The notes under the pieces were generated by a model. That model was not told where the DNA came from. It ran no database searches and worked only from the letters and a program-made list of their open reading frames with translations. The position numbers were made by a program, and so were the translations under genes. Of a DNA stretch of 64,000 nt, positions 50,543-59,788 are shown piece after piece; within the stretch, counting starts at the first letter, position 1, and the number at the start of each line of letters is the position of its first letter. Origin of the DNA: Bradymonadia bacterium. Lineage in GTDB: Bacteria > Myxococcota_A > Bradymonadia > UBA7976 > UBA1532. Location of the stretch: assembly GCA_046290225.1 (NCBI GenBank), contig JBKAGE010000071.1, positions 96,001 through 160,000 on the forward strand, given 5' to 3'.

Positions 50543-50694
50543 CTGGGGTTCCTTCTCGAACGTTGATGAGCGTTGATGTTCTGCTCATGCGTTCAGGCGA
50601 CAGGTGCCAGATGGCTACGACAGGGAATTTGGCTTTTTTCGTTTATCAGAGCTGGACAGGTGTTGGTTTGAGCGGGGGGTCGGCTGTCACGGTG

Positions 50695-51181
50695 GAGTCC
50701 TGGTAGGCAGTCATCGCTGCGCTCTGCCTGCGTAGGCAGCTGCCGACGGCCGGCCTTCGGCCCGCCTTGGAGCTGCGTACACGTCGCCACGCTCGCTGAG
50801 GCGAGCAGGCCTCCGGGTAGGCAGGGTCGCTCAATGCTGACGCATTATTCGCTCGCTCCCCTGCGTAAAAAGTCAGTTCTGGTGTGGCTTTGAGGGCATT
50901 CCCAATGCTGTTAGGGCTTTCGCCGAACCTTGGGACACAGGAGCTTGCAGGTTCGCGGCAGGTCGAATCCCGGTGGATTTCAGCAACAAGAGACAGAAGA
51001 AGCTCTTTACGCAGGGGAGCGAGCGAAAAGGGCGAAGCCCTGAGCGACCCTGCTTACCCGGAAGGGTGTCCGCGCGAGCGGATGCCCGAACGTGTACGCG
51101 CCAGACGAGGCGGCCCGAAGGGCTGCCGAAGGCCGGGCGCCTACGCAGGCAGAGCGCAGCGATGACTGCCTACCAGGACTC
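50695..51181. mobile_element. REPIN/MITE-like palindromic element, copy 2 (inverted relative to copy 1)
   Basis: Perfect 43-bp terminal inverted repeat (50695-50737 and 51139-51181) containing GTAG; arms ~175 bp; spacer is the reverse-complement homolog of the copy 1 spacer. Confidence 0.88.
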
Positions 51182-51371
51182 TGCCGTGGCTACCACCTCA
51201 AACTGCCCACACGAGCTCCGCAGCCTTGATCGCCATCCATTGTCGCCCACGAGCATCCAATAGATACGTATGGGGACTCCTCGACATGTGTGGTGGTGAT
51301 GTTCAAAAGGTATGGGGCATCAGCGGCACGTACAATGGCCAGATGTTGCCCAGGGGTGTACGTTCACGTAC

Positions 51372-52223
51372 ATGGTCGACATCAACGATTTTCAGTGGGA
51401 CGACATCCGGATCTTCCTCGCCGTGATGCGCAGCGGGAGTGGGCGACAGGCCGCCAGAGTCCTTGGGCTCAGCCGGCCTACAGTGGCGCGCAGACTGTCA
51501 GCGCTGGAAGCGAAGATCGGGTTGCAGCTCTTCGAGCGGGCCAGTGGAGGACTCGACGCCACTGCTGCGGCGAAATCCATCTTGCCCGTGGCCGAAGAGG
51601 CAGAGCAGGCCATGCTCGCCGTGACCCGAGCGGTGCACGCCGCCGATCACGAAATGCGAGGGCCGATCCGGGTGGCGATGCCTGCGGTGGCTGCTGCTGA
51701 TCTGCTCATGGAAGATCTGGTGACCTTCTGTCAGCGCTGGCCCAAGATCGATATGCACATCAGTGGGGGGTACAGCCTCTCCGACTTGGGCCGTCGAGAG
51801 GCAGACGTCGCCATCCGGTTCATGCCATTGGGGATGGTGCCCGAGGGCAACCTGGTGGGCCGGAAGGTGGCCAACGCGCATATGGCCATCTATGGCGAGG
51901 GCGATTGCTGGATCGGCCAGCGTGGCGGTGAACTCGATCAGGCATGGATCAAGGACACCCCGTTCCCTGACCTGCCAGTGAGGGGCACCATCGTCGACGG
52001 TGAAATCATCCGAAGTGCCTGTGCCGCTGGCATGGGGATGACCCGCTTACCCTGTTTCTTTGCCGAGCCTCGGCTCACTCGACGCACTCAGCCTGAGCCT
52101 GGCCTCGACGTATGGGTGCTGGTCCACGCAGACCTGCGCAGTAATCCGCGGCTGAGGGCCTTTCGAGATGCGATGGTCTCGGCTCTGTTGAGGCTGAAGC
52201 CACGACTGGAGGGGCGACACTGA
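51372..52223 (+). CDS. LysR family regulator
   Basis: WDDIRIFLAV...AARVLGLSRPTVARRLSALE HTH; READVAIR. Confidence 0.93.
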   Translation: MVDINDFQWDDIRIFLAVMRSGSGRQAARVLGLSRPTVARRLSALEAKIGLQLFERASGGLDATAAAKSILPVAEEAEQAMLAVTRAVHAADHEMRGPIRVAMPAVAAADLLMEDLVTFCQRWPKIDMHISGGYSLSDLGRREADVAIRFMPLGMVPEGNLVGRKVANAHMAIYGEGDCWIGQRGGELDQAWIKDTPFPDLPVRGTIVDGEIIRSACAAGMGMTRLPCFFAEPRLTRRTQPEPGLDVWVLVHADLRSNPRLRAFRDAMVSALLRLKPRLEGRH

Positions 52224-52242
52224 GCTCTTCAAAGGCTGAGTT

Positions 52243-52851
52243 TCAAGGTCTCTGCAACAAGAGCGCGTGGGCCAGCCGGCGCGTATGTGCCCCTGTGGGA
52301 CCCCACAACGCATCGCCGAATGTATCGGTGCCCACCCGCATCAAATAACCACACGTGAGCTGCAGGATCGCTGCCCGGATGGGGAAATCCGCGGGTATGG
52401 GGGGCGTCTCCACGGTGAGCAGGCTCGCCCGAAATGCCATCTCGATGGCATCGACGAGGCGGGTCATCTGCTCGAAGACCAGCCCTCGCGCCACGCCTTG
52501 CGGGTCCATCATCTCCCGCGCCAGGGTGCGGACCAGGCCGATGTGATCTTCTGCGAAGGTGAGCAGCGCCGTCACCACCCCGTCGGTGCACTCCGTCGGT
52601 GACTGATCGATCACCACGCTCGCCTGAACCACCTCGGCCATCTGCTCGAAGGCCTTCGAGAGCACTGAGTGATACAAGCGCTCCTTGCTCTTGAAGTGAT
52701 AGAGCAGCGAGGGGCGCTGGATGCCTGCTGCGGCGGCGATGTCTTCCAAGCGGGCGCCGCGATAGCCATGGGCGCCAAAGGTGTTCTCAGCGGCCCGAAG
52801 CACTCGAACCACAGTCTCTTCCGAGAATGCATTGCGGGGCGGTCGACCCAT
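52243..52851 (-). CDS. TetR/AcrR family regulator
   Basis: ARLEDIAAAAGIQRPSLLYHFKSKE HTH; ATG overlaps the purL stop. Confidence 0.92.
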   Translation of the reverse strand: MGRPPRNAFSEETVVRVLRAAENTFGAHGYRGARLEDIAAAAGIQRPSLLYHFKSKERLYHSVLSKAFEQMAEVVQASVVIDQSPTECTDGVVTALLTFAEDHIGLVRTLAREMMDPQGVARGLVFEQMTRLVDAIEMAFRASLLTVETPPIPADFPIRAAILQLTCGYLMRVGTDTFGDALWGPTGAHTRRLAHALLLQRP

Positions 52852-55820
52852 CAGTGGCCTCCTTCCAGGTGACCCCGCCAGGCCGTTGAGAGCGCCGCCA
52901 CGTCAGTGTCCACATGGCCGTCACCACAGCGCATGCGTACCCGAGCGTCGTCGGCGATTTGCCCCACCTCGGCAAAGGGCACTCCACCGGCGGAGAGCCG
53001 ACTGCGGAGCGCCTCAGCCTGCTCGGGGCGGGTGGTGATGACAAAGCGAGTGAGCGATTCGGAGAAGAGCAGGGCGCCTGCTTTCAGAGGCGTGCCCATG
53101 GGGGCGGCCCTCAGGTTGGCTCGCAGACCCATGCCGCAGGAGATGGCCATCTCGGCGAGGGCTACGGCGAGGCCGCCTTCGCTCACATCGTGACAGGCGT
53201 TGACCTCTCCCGCGAGGATGGCCTGGTGCAGCACCCGCATCTGGTCGAGGGCACCGTGCACAGGCTCGGGGGGCTGGCCGCCGAGGCTGCCGTGGTGGCG
53301 ATGCCAGGCACTGCCGCCGAGGTGCTCGCCGGTGGTGCCGATGACCCACACCAGATCGCCAGAGGCTTTGGGGCAGGCCGAGATCGTCTTGGAGACATCG
53401 GGCACGATGCCCACGGCAGAGAGCAGCAGCGTGCCGGGGATGGCCACCTTGTTGCCCTCGGCGTCGGTGTACTCGTTGTTAAGGGAGTCCTTACCGCTCA
53501 CGAAGGGGGTGCTGTAGGCCACGGCGGCGTCGTAGCAGCCCTGAGCGCAGCGTACGAGGGCGCCAAGACGGTCGGGCAGGCGGGGGTTGCCCCAACAGAA
53601 GTTGTCGAGGATCGCCATACGATCGGGATCAGCCCCCACAGAGACGGCATTGCGGAACGCCTCGTCGACGACGGCCCAGGCCATGTTGTAGGGGTCGAGC
53701 TTGCCGTATTCGGGGTTGATGCCCACCGACAGCGCGCAGCCGCGCTGTGTTTCGTGCTCGCCACGCCACGCCTCGAAGGGCACCAGCACTGCGGCGTCGC
53801 CATGACCGTCGTCGCCCACGAGAGGTTTGCCCACGGTGCCGCCTTGCACCTCATGGTCATAGCGGTGCACCACGTCGGCCTTGCTGCGGGTGTTGGGGTG
53901 GGCCAGGAGCGCCAGCAAGTCGGCGGTGAGGTCACCTTCAGGCTGCACTTCGGGTACAGGCAATGCCGAGGGCGCCCACTCCGCCACCATCTCCTTACGG
54001 GGGATCCCCTTGTGCAAGAACGCGCAGTCGAAGCGACCGACCTCTCTGCCCTCACTGGTGAGGGAGAGTACCCCGTCACCGGTGAACTCGCCGAGCACGG
54101 TGGCTTCTACGTCGACCCCTTCGCAGATGGCCATGAGGGCGTCGATGTTCGACGGAGGCACCGCCATCACCATGCGCTCCTGGGCCTCGCTGAGCCAGAT
54201 CTCCCAGGGCTGCAGGCCAGGGTACTTCAGGGGGACGAGATCGAGGTTCACCGAGGCGCCGAGCTTCTCGGACATCTCGCCCACGGCCGACGACAGGCCA
54301 CCGGCGCCGCAGTCGGTCACCGCGGTATAGAGCTTCTGGTCGCGGGCGACGAGCAGCGCCTCCATGACCTGCTTCTCGTGAATCGGGTGGCCGATCTGCA
54401 CCGCGCTCCCCGAAACCTCGGTGGTCTGGTGGTCCATTTCCATGCTGCTGAAGGTGGCCCCACGCAAACCATCTCGACCGGTGCGGCCGCCGAGGACCAC
54501 CACCTTGTCGCCGGGCATGGCCCCCTCGCCACCTGCGGCGGTGGGGTGGCTGCCCCGAGGCAAGACGCCGAGACAACCCACATAGACGAGGGGGTTGGCG
54601 GTGTAGCCTGCGTCGTAGAGCACCCCACCGTTCACCGTGGGGATGCCCATCTTGTTGCCGTAGTCTTCCACGCCGTCGATGACCCCAGCGGCGATGCGCT
54701 GCGGGTGCAGCACCCCCTCGGGCAGATCCTCGAAGGCCAGATCGGGCGGACCAAAGCACAAGACGTCGGTGTTGGCGATGGGCCGGGCGCTCACCCCGAG
54801 CACGTCACGGATGACCCCACCCACGCCAGTGTTGGCACCGCCGAAGGGCTCCAGGGCCGAGGGTCGATTGTGGGTCTCGGCCTTGAAGGCGAGGTCGAGG
54901 AGGGGGCGCCCGGCGTCGTCTACCCGATCATCGGGGCCACCATCGTCGAAGGCGATGATGCCAGCGTTGTCCACGAAGGCGGAGTGCACCCAGGGCTTCG
55001 CCACATCTTTGGTGGCCTTGCGGATGTAGTCGTTGAGCAGCCCGTCGACGATGAGGGGCTCACCGACAACTACTCCGTCGGCGTCGCGCTCGGTATAGGT
55101 GATACGGGCGCGGAAGGTCTTGTGCACGCAGTGCTCCGACCATGTCTGGGCGAAGGTCTCCAGCTCGACGTCGGTGGGGGCACGATCGAGGGCGCGGTAG
55201 TGCCCTTGAAGGGCCTGCATCTCCTTGAGGTCGAGAGACAGACGTCGCTCGGCGCTCACGGCCAGCAGACCCTCGTCGTCGAGATCGGCGAGAGCCACAT
55301 GCTCCACGATGCCGGTGGGCCCCGTGCTCACGAAGCCCAGTGGGGGCTTCACCGGAGCGTTGATGGCGAGGCTCTCCACCACCTCGTTGGCCAGCAGCCC
55401 CCGGGCGATGCGGCGGACCACCTCTTCGGTGAGCTCGCCCTCAAGCAAGTAGCGTCGACCTGTAGCGGCACCTTGCAGCACCTCGAAGCCGGCGAGGCGC
55501 TCTCCTTCGAGCAAGCTCTCTGCCTGAGCATCAGTGACGCCAGGCAAACAGACCACCTCGACGCTCCATTGCCCAGGTTCGAGAGCGGTCTGTGTAGCAG
55601 TGCGTATGCCCTCTTGAACCACCGGATCCCAGAGAAGCTCTCTGGCCATGGCGTCCACCTGAGTCAGGTCGGCATCGTCATCAGTTTGCAAGAAGAAGAC
55701 ATCACCTACAGTGATACGGGTGAGCCCCGAGACACCGAGCTGAGCGATCTGCGCGGCGAGGGCGGGCCCTCGGGGATCTGTGTGGCCAGGGCGGGCAGAG
55801 ACATCGAAGCGATGGATCAT
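52851..55820 (-). CDS. purL: Phosphoribosylformylglycinamidine synthase PurL with N-terminal PurS-like domains and no glutaminase domain
   Basis: QTWSEHCVHK, KAETHNRPSALEPFGGANTG, DCGAGG, SEAQERM, DNFCWGNP, SGKDSL, HDVSEGG. Confidence 0.96.
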   Translation of the reverse strand: MIHRFDVSARPGHTDPRGPALAAQIAQLGVSGLTRITVGDVFFLQTDDDADLTQVDAMARELLWDPVVQEGIRTATQTALEPGQWSVEVVCLPGVTDAQAESLLEGERLAGFEVLQGAATGRRYLLEGELTEEVVRRIARGLLANEVVESLAINAPVKPPLGFVSTGPTGIVEHVALADLDDEGLLAVSAERRLSLDLKEMQALQGHYRALDRAPTDVELETFAQTWSEHCVHKTFRARITYTERDADGVVVGEPLIVDGLLNDYIRKATKDVAKPWVHSAFVDNAGIIAFDDGGPDDRVDDAGRPLLDLAFKAETHNRPSALEPFGGANTGVGGVIRDVLGVSARPIANTDVLCFGPPDLAFEDLPEGVLHPQRIAAGVIDGVEDYGNKMGIPTVNGGVLYDAGYTANPLVYVGCLGVLPRGSHPTAAGGEGAMPGDKVVVLGGRTGRDGLRGATFSSMEMDHQTTEVSGSAVQIGHPIHEKQVMEALLVARDQKLYTAVTDCGAGGLSSAVGEMSEKLGASVNLDLVPLKYPGLQPWEIWLSEAQERMVMAVPPSNIDALMAICEGVDVEATVLGEFTGDGVLSLTSEGREVGRFDCAFLHKGIPRKEMVAEWAPSALPVPEVQPEGDLTADLLALLAHPNTRSKADVVHRYDHEVQGGTVGKPLVGDDGHGDAAVLVPFEAWRGEHETQRGCALSVGINPEYGKLDPYNMAWAVVDEAFRNAVSVGADPDRMAILDNFCWGNPRLPDRLGALVRCAQGCYDAAVAYSTPFVSGKDSLNNEYTDAEGNKVAIPGTLLLSAVGIVPDVSKTISACPKASGDLVWVIGTTGEHLGGSAWHRHHGSLGGQPPEPVHGALDQMRVLHQAILAGEVNACHDVSEGGLAVALAEMAISCGMGLRANLRAAPMGTPLKAGALLFSESLTRFVITTRPEQAEALRSRLSAGGVPFAEVGQIADDARVRMRCGDGHVDTDVAALSTAWRGHLEGGH

Positions 55821-55905
55821 GGGGGTGGCCTCCCATTTGGGCTTTGGGGGGCTTTTACCTGATCCGAGGCGCAAAGGCGACTGCGGCGCGCCGTATGATC
55901 AGTCT

Positions 55906-56943
55906 CTACTTTTTCTTGGCGGCTTCGGCCTTTCGCTTCGCCGCTTCTTTGGCCCTCGCGGCGTCTCTGGCCTGTGTCTTGGCGAGGGCTGCCTTGGCCT
56001 CGGCGAGGGCTTTCAGGGTGGGCTTGTTCCCCGGGCGCAGAGCCAGCGACGCCTCGAAATACTTCACGGCTTCGGCGTAGTACTCGCTGTATTCACCGCT
56101 CTCCAGCGCCACCTTGCCGGCGTTGTAGAGGATCATGGCCTTCTTCTTGGGGTTGCTCTGAACCGCTGCTGCTGCCGACAGAACGTCAGCGGCGGCGAAG
56201 TCACCCGTCTTCATCAGCGCGAAGCCCAACTTGCCAGTAGCGCTTGCGTCCCCAGGCTTGAACATCAAGGCGTCGATGAAGTGCCGCGTGGCCACGTCGT
56301 AGGCCTGGGCCTTCAACTCCACGAGGCCTGCCTGGTAGTGGCTCTGGTAGCTGCCCTTGGCGTCGTCGGTCTTCTCTTCGAAGCTTGTGACCTTGATGTG
56401 CTCGCGCTGTTCGACGAGCTTGCCGTTCTTCATGCCCCAGCGCTCAATGAAGAGCAGACTCGGGCAGCAGGCGCCATCTGCAGAGAGGGCGGACATGCGG
56501 CTCAGCTCAATGGCTTTGTCCTTGGGCCGGGCCTTGATGTTGGCCACGCCGCCATCTCCTCGATCGCCGCCAGGCAGTCTGCCGATCTGCTTGGGCTTCC
56601 CCTTGTCGTCGGCAGCGTAGATGTTGACCGCATCGAATCGACCTGTGCCCCCACCCCAATAGTTCAGGTGCACCGCCGCCTCTTCCACACCGTCGCCATC
56701 AAGATCGGCATACACCACCCCGTGCAAGCTCAAAGACTCGGAGTAGTCAATCTCGTCACCTGTCATGTGATCCATCGCCCACTCACCGTTCTTGAGGGTG
56801 GTGCCTCCCTTAGGTCCGTCGGCGTGGGTGTAGGTGTGGTTCTTCCAGTCCACCTTGCGCAATGCCTGAGCATCGGGCTTGGCCCAGGCAGCGGTGGCAA
56901 GCACGGTGAGCGCGGCAGAGATGATCAAAGGCGAGCGGTGCAT
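55906..56943 (-). CDS. Secreted protein with C-terminal TPR repeats
   Basis: Signal peptide ending AWA; YADLDGDGVEEA; DGACCPS; TPR-like helices (AMILYNAG, AVKYFEASLALRP). Confidence 0.8.
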   Translation of the reverse strand: MHRSPLIISAALTVLATAAWAKPDAQALRKVDWKNHTYTHADGPKGGTTLKNGEWAMDHMTGDEIDYSESLSLHGVVYADLDGDGVEEAAVHLNYWGGGTGRFDAVNIYAADDKGKPKQIGRLPGGDRGDGGVANIKARPKDKAIELSRMSALSADGACCPSLLFIERWGMKNGKLVEQREHIKVTSFEEKTDDAKGSYQSHYQAGLVELKAQAYDVATRHFIDALMFKPGDASATGKLGFALMKTGDFAAADVLSAAAAVQSNPKKKAMILYNAGKVALESGEYSEYYAEAVKYFEASLALRPGNKPTLKALAEAKAALAKTQARDAARAKEAAKRKAEAAKKK

Positions 56944-57191
56944 GGGTTCCCTCCTCATCGAATGCATCATTCGAAATCGCATCATCCTGCAGATACACAC
57001 TCCAGGCGCCATTTTTATTCTCTGCCCCCACGGAACTCAGCTGCCTGAATGCTGGGATGATAGCCCATAATGTGGTGTTTTGTCGGCTTGTGTGTGCCGA
57101 TTCGGAACGCATTGAGAATTCTGGGTTTTGTTATGAGATGTCTCCTCGAGATCTCGGGTCATAGGAGGGCAACCCAAGAGGAGAAGACGAC

Positions 57192-58304
57192 ATGAGAGAG
57201 CGTCGAGGACAGCCATTCATCACCGCACTGATCGCCACTCTGTCTCTATGGGGGTGCGATGACGACAGCAACAGCGACAGCACCGGAGGTGCAGGGGGCG
57301 AGCCCGTGGCCGGCGCAGGGGGTGCTGGCGCGGAGGCTGGGGCTGGAGGTGAAGCTGGGCGTGGCGGTGAGCCCATGGCTGGCGGTGGAGGTGAAGCAGG
57401 GGCTGGGGGTATGGGTGGTGAGCCTGAGGGCGGCGCTGGGGGCGAGCCCATGGGCGGTCTGGGCGGTATGCCCGTCGGAGGCATGCCCGAGGGTGGATCT
57501 GGTGGGATGCCTGAAGGCGGCGCTGGTGGTGAGCCCATGGGAGGCGAAGGGGGTGATCCTGTGGGTGGTGAAGGCGGTATGGGCGGTGAGCCCATGGGAG
57601 GGATGCCCGAAGGCGGCGCTGGCGGTGAGCCCATGGGGGGGATGCCCATGGGTGGTGAGGGCGGTATGGGGGGCGCGGGTGGTGGAGAGCCAATGGAGGT
57701 CGAGCTCGTCGATCGGCCAGCGACATTCGCTCTCAATGATGAGTTCTCCAAGCTCGCCCACGAGTCCGACCGATTTGGCGAGATCACATATGGATACAGC
57801 GCCGATGCCTTCACCCTCGACGCACCCACTACCCTTTTGAACGCCGAGTTCTTCGGTGAGTACCAGTCAGGCTTCTATCGCGAGTTGCCGGGATTCAGCA
57901 TCTATATCTTTGCCAACGGCGAGGGTGATGTACCCGATGGCAACCCCGCCAACGGCGAGCCGCTCGTGCGGCTGGAGCGGATCCAGTCAGGGCAAGGGGC
58001 ATCGGGCATCGAACTCGAAGATGATGGGTACAACGTGCAGGTGGACTTCACCGTGGCCAATGAGGGGGTGCCCGTTGCACTGCCGCCAGGAGACTATTGG
58101 ATGGTGGCTGCTGTGTACGGACCCGATGCTGGCGCGGGTGATCCCACCCTCTCGTGGTTCTGGCGCTTCTCGCCGTTCGAGGCGCCCTACACCCCGCAAT
58201 ATGCATCCAACCAGAGCCCCGCGTGGGTCCCTGTTGTGAACTTCCGATCTGATCGCGCCGCCGAAGCCATGGCCTGGACGATGATGGGCGAGGTTGTGGA
58301 ATGA
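57192..58304 (+). CDS. Lipoprotein with Gly/Met/Glu-rich repeat stalk
   Basis: GAGGAG RBS; lipobox LWGC; repeated GGEPMGG and GGMPEGG units; globular C-terminal domain. Confidence 0.85.
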   Translation: MRERRGQPFITALIATLSLWGCDDDSNSDSTGGAGGEPVAGAGGAGAEAGAGGEAGRGGEPMAGGGGEAGAGGMGGEPEGGAGGEPMGGLGGMPVGGMPEGGSGGMPEGGAGGEPMGGEGGDPVGGEGGMGGEPMGGMPEGGAGGEPMGGMPMGGEGGMGGAGGGEPMEVELVDRPATFALNDEFSKLAHESDRFGEITYGYSADAFTLDAPTTLLNAEFFGEYQSGFYRELPGFSIYIFANGEGDVPDGNPANGEPLVRLERIQSGQGASGIELEDDGYNVQVDFTVANEGVPVALPPGDYWMVAAVYGPDAGAGDPTLSWFWRFSPFEAPYTPQYASNQSPAWVPVVNFRSDRAAEAMAWTMMGEVVE

Positions 58305-58307
58305 TGA

Positions 58308-58327
58308 TGTTTGCGTATACGCAAACA
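58308..58327. promoter_or_regulatory. Perfect 20-bp palindrome TGTTTGCGTATACGCAAACA, putative repressor operator
   Basis: Exact dyad with no loop, 85 bp upstream of the NmrA-like gene. Confidence 0.6.
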
Positions 58328-58412
58328 ATGTTCGCCATCAATCCTGTTTTTGTGCGTGAGTGAAATCGTCAGTCTCGGTGGTGCGTCAACGACAACACAC
58401 CGGAGACACACG

Positions 58413-59240
58413 ATGCACACCGAACATCTCACCCTCATCACCGGCGCCAACGGCAAGACCGGCCGCCGCGTCACCGACCGTCTCACTGCTGCAGGCCATA
58501 CTGTGCGCAAGGGCTCCCGCAGCGGCACCCCTGCCTTCGACTGGCTCGATGTCGAGACCTGGAGCGCAGCCCTCGAGGGCGTCACTCAGGTCTACATCAC
58601 CTTCCAGCCTGACCTGGCGTACCCTGGGGCCAAAGACATCATCGAGCGGTTCTGTGCCTTGGCCGTGAGCTATGGCGTAGAGCGATTGGTGTTGCTCTCG
58701 GGTCGTGGAGAGCCCGCCGCTCAGGCCTGCGAGCGAGTGGTCCAGCGGTCAGGGGCTCGGTGGTGCATCGTCCGGGCGAGCTGGTTCATGGAGAACTTCA
58801 GCGAGGGGCACTTTCTGGGCCCTGTGCGCTCAGGCACCCTTGCACTACCAGTCGCGGCAGAAGTGAAAGAGCCCTTTGTCAGCGTCGATGATATTGCGGA
58901 TATCGTCGCAGCGGCCCTCACGGGTGATCGGCACGATGGAGCGTTGTACGAGGTCACCGGCACCCGGCTCGTCACCTTCACCGAGGCCATGGCCGAGATC
59001 TCGGAGGCTGCCGGTCGAGACATCGGGTATGCGCAGATCCCCGAGGCTGTATTTCAGCAGGGGATGATCGCATCGGGTGCGCCGGCGCCCCTCGCCGAGT
59101 TCCTGTGTGAGCTCTTCGGCATGGTCCTCGACGGCCGCAATGCCCACCTCACTGACGGTGTTCAGCGCGCTCTGGGGCGCCCCGCTCGCGACTTCATCGA
59201 CTTTGCGCGAGAGGCCGGCGACGCGTGGAGGGTGTCATGA
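58413..59240 (+). CDS. NmrA-like NAD(P)-binding protein (atypical SDR)
   Basis: ITGANGKTGRRV, LLSGRGE, RASWFMENFSEG. Confidence 0.92.
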   Translation: MHTEHLTLITGANGKTGRRVTDRLTAAGHTVRKGSRSGTPAFDWLDVETWSAALEGVTQVYITFQPDLAYPGAKDIIERFCALAVSYGVERLVLLSGRGEPAAQACERVVQRSGARWCIVRASWFMENFSEGHFLGPVRSGTLALPVAAEVKEPFVSVDDIADIVAAALTGDRHDGALYEVTGTRLVTFTEAMAEISEAAGRDIGYAQIPEAVFQQGMIASGAPAPLAEFLCELFGMVLDGRNAHLTDGVQRALGRPARDFIDFAREAGDAWRVS

Positions 59241-59710
59241 GCCCTGACCTGATGACCGGTGCCCTCACGGTGAGTGCTGTGGCTGCAGCTCTCTCTGGGG
59301 GTATGACCCTGGCCTTCTCGAACTTCATCATGGGGGCCTTCGACCGGCTACCGGCGAGCCAGGCCGTAGAGGCGATGCAGCACATCAACGAGACCGTGCT
59401 CAATCCGCTGTTTCTCGCGATCTTCATCGGCACTGGCTTCGCCACCACCGCCCTGGCCATTCTCTGCGCCTTCACCCTGGGGGTCGATGGTCGTTGGGGG
59501 CTGGTGGTGGGCGCCGCCCTCTATATGGTGGGTGTCGTCGGAGTCACCGCCGCAGGCAATGTGCCCCTCAACAATCGCCTGGCCGAGGTGGAGCTCGTCG
59601 CTGCCACCCCTGAGGTCTGGTCGGCATACGCCAGGCCCTGGGTGTTCTGGAACCATGTACGGACTGTGGCCGCGGCAATTGCCTCGGCGGCCTTCGTCCT
59701 TGCTGCCTGA
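59237..59710 (+). CDS. DUF1772/anthrone oxygenase-like membrane protein
   Basis: AFSNFIM, AMQHIN, GNVPLNNRLA, WVFWNHVRT; ATGA overlap. Confidence 0.9.
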   Translation: MSPDLMTGALTVSAVAAALSGGMTLAFSNFIMGAFDRLPASQAVEAMQHINETVLNPLFLAIFIGTGFATTALAILCAFTLGVDGRWGLVVGAALYMVGVVGVTAAGNVPLNNRLAEVELVAATPEVWSAYARPWVFWNHVRTVAAAIASAAFVLAA

Positions 59711-59788
59711 GCGGACGAGAGGAGGCCGCCATGGTGGTGTTGTGGGTAATGTGTGAGCAGGCTGTGGCCCGCGTTCAGGGCATCTGGA

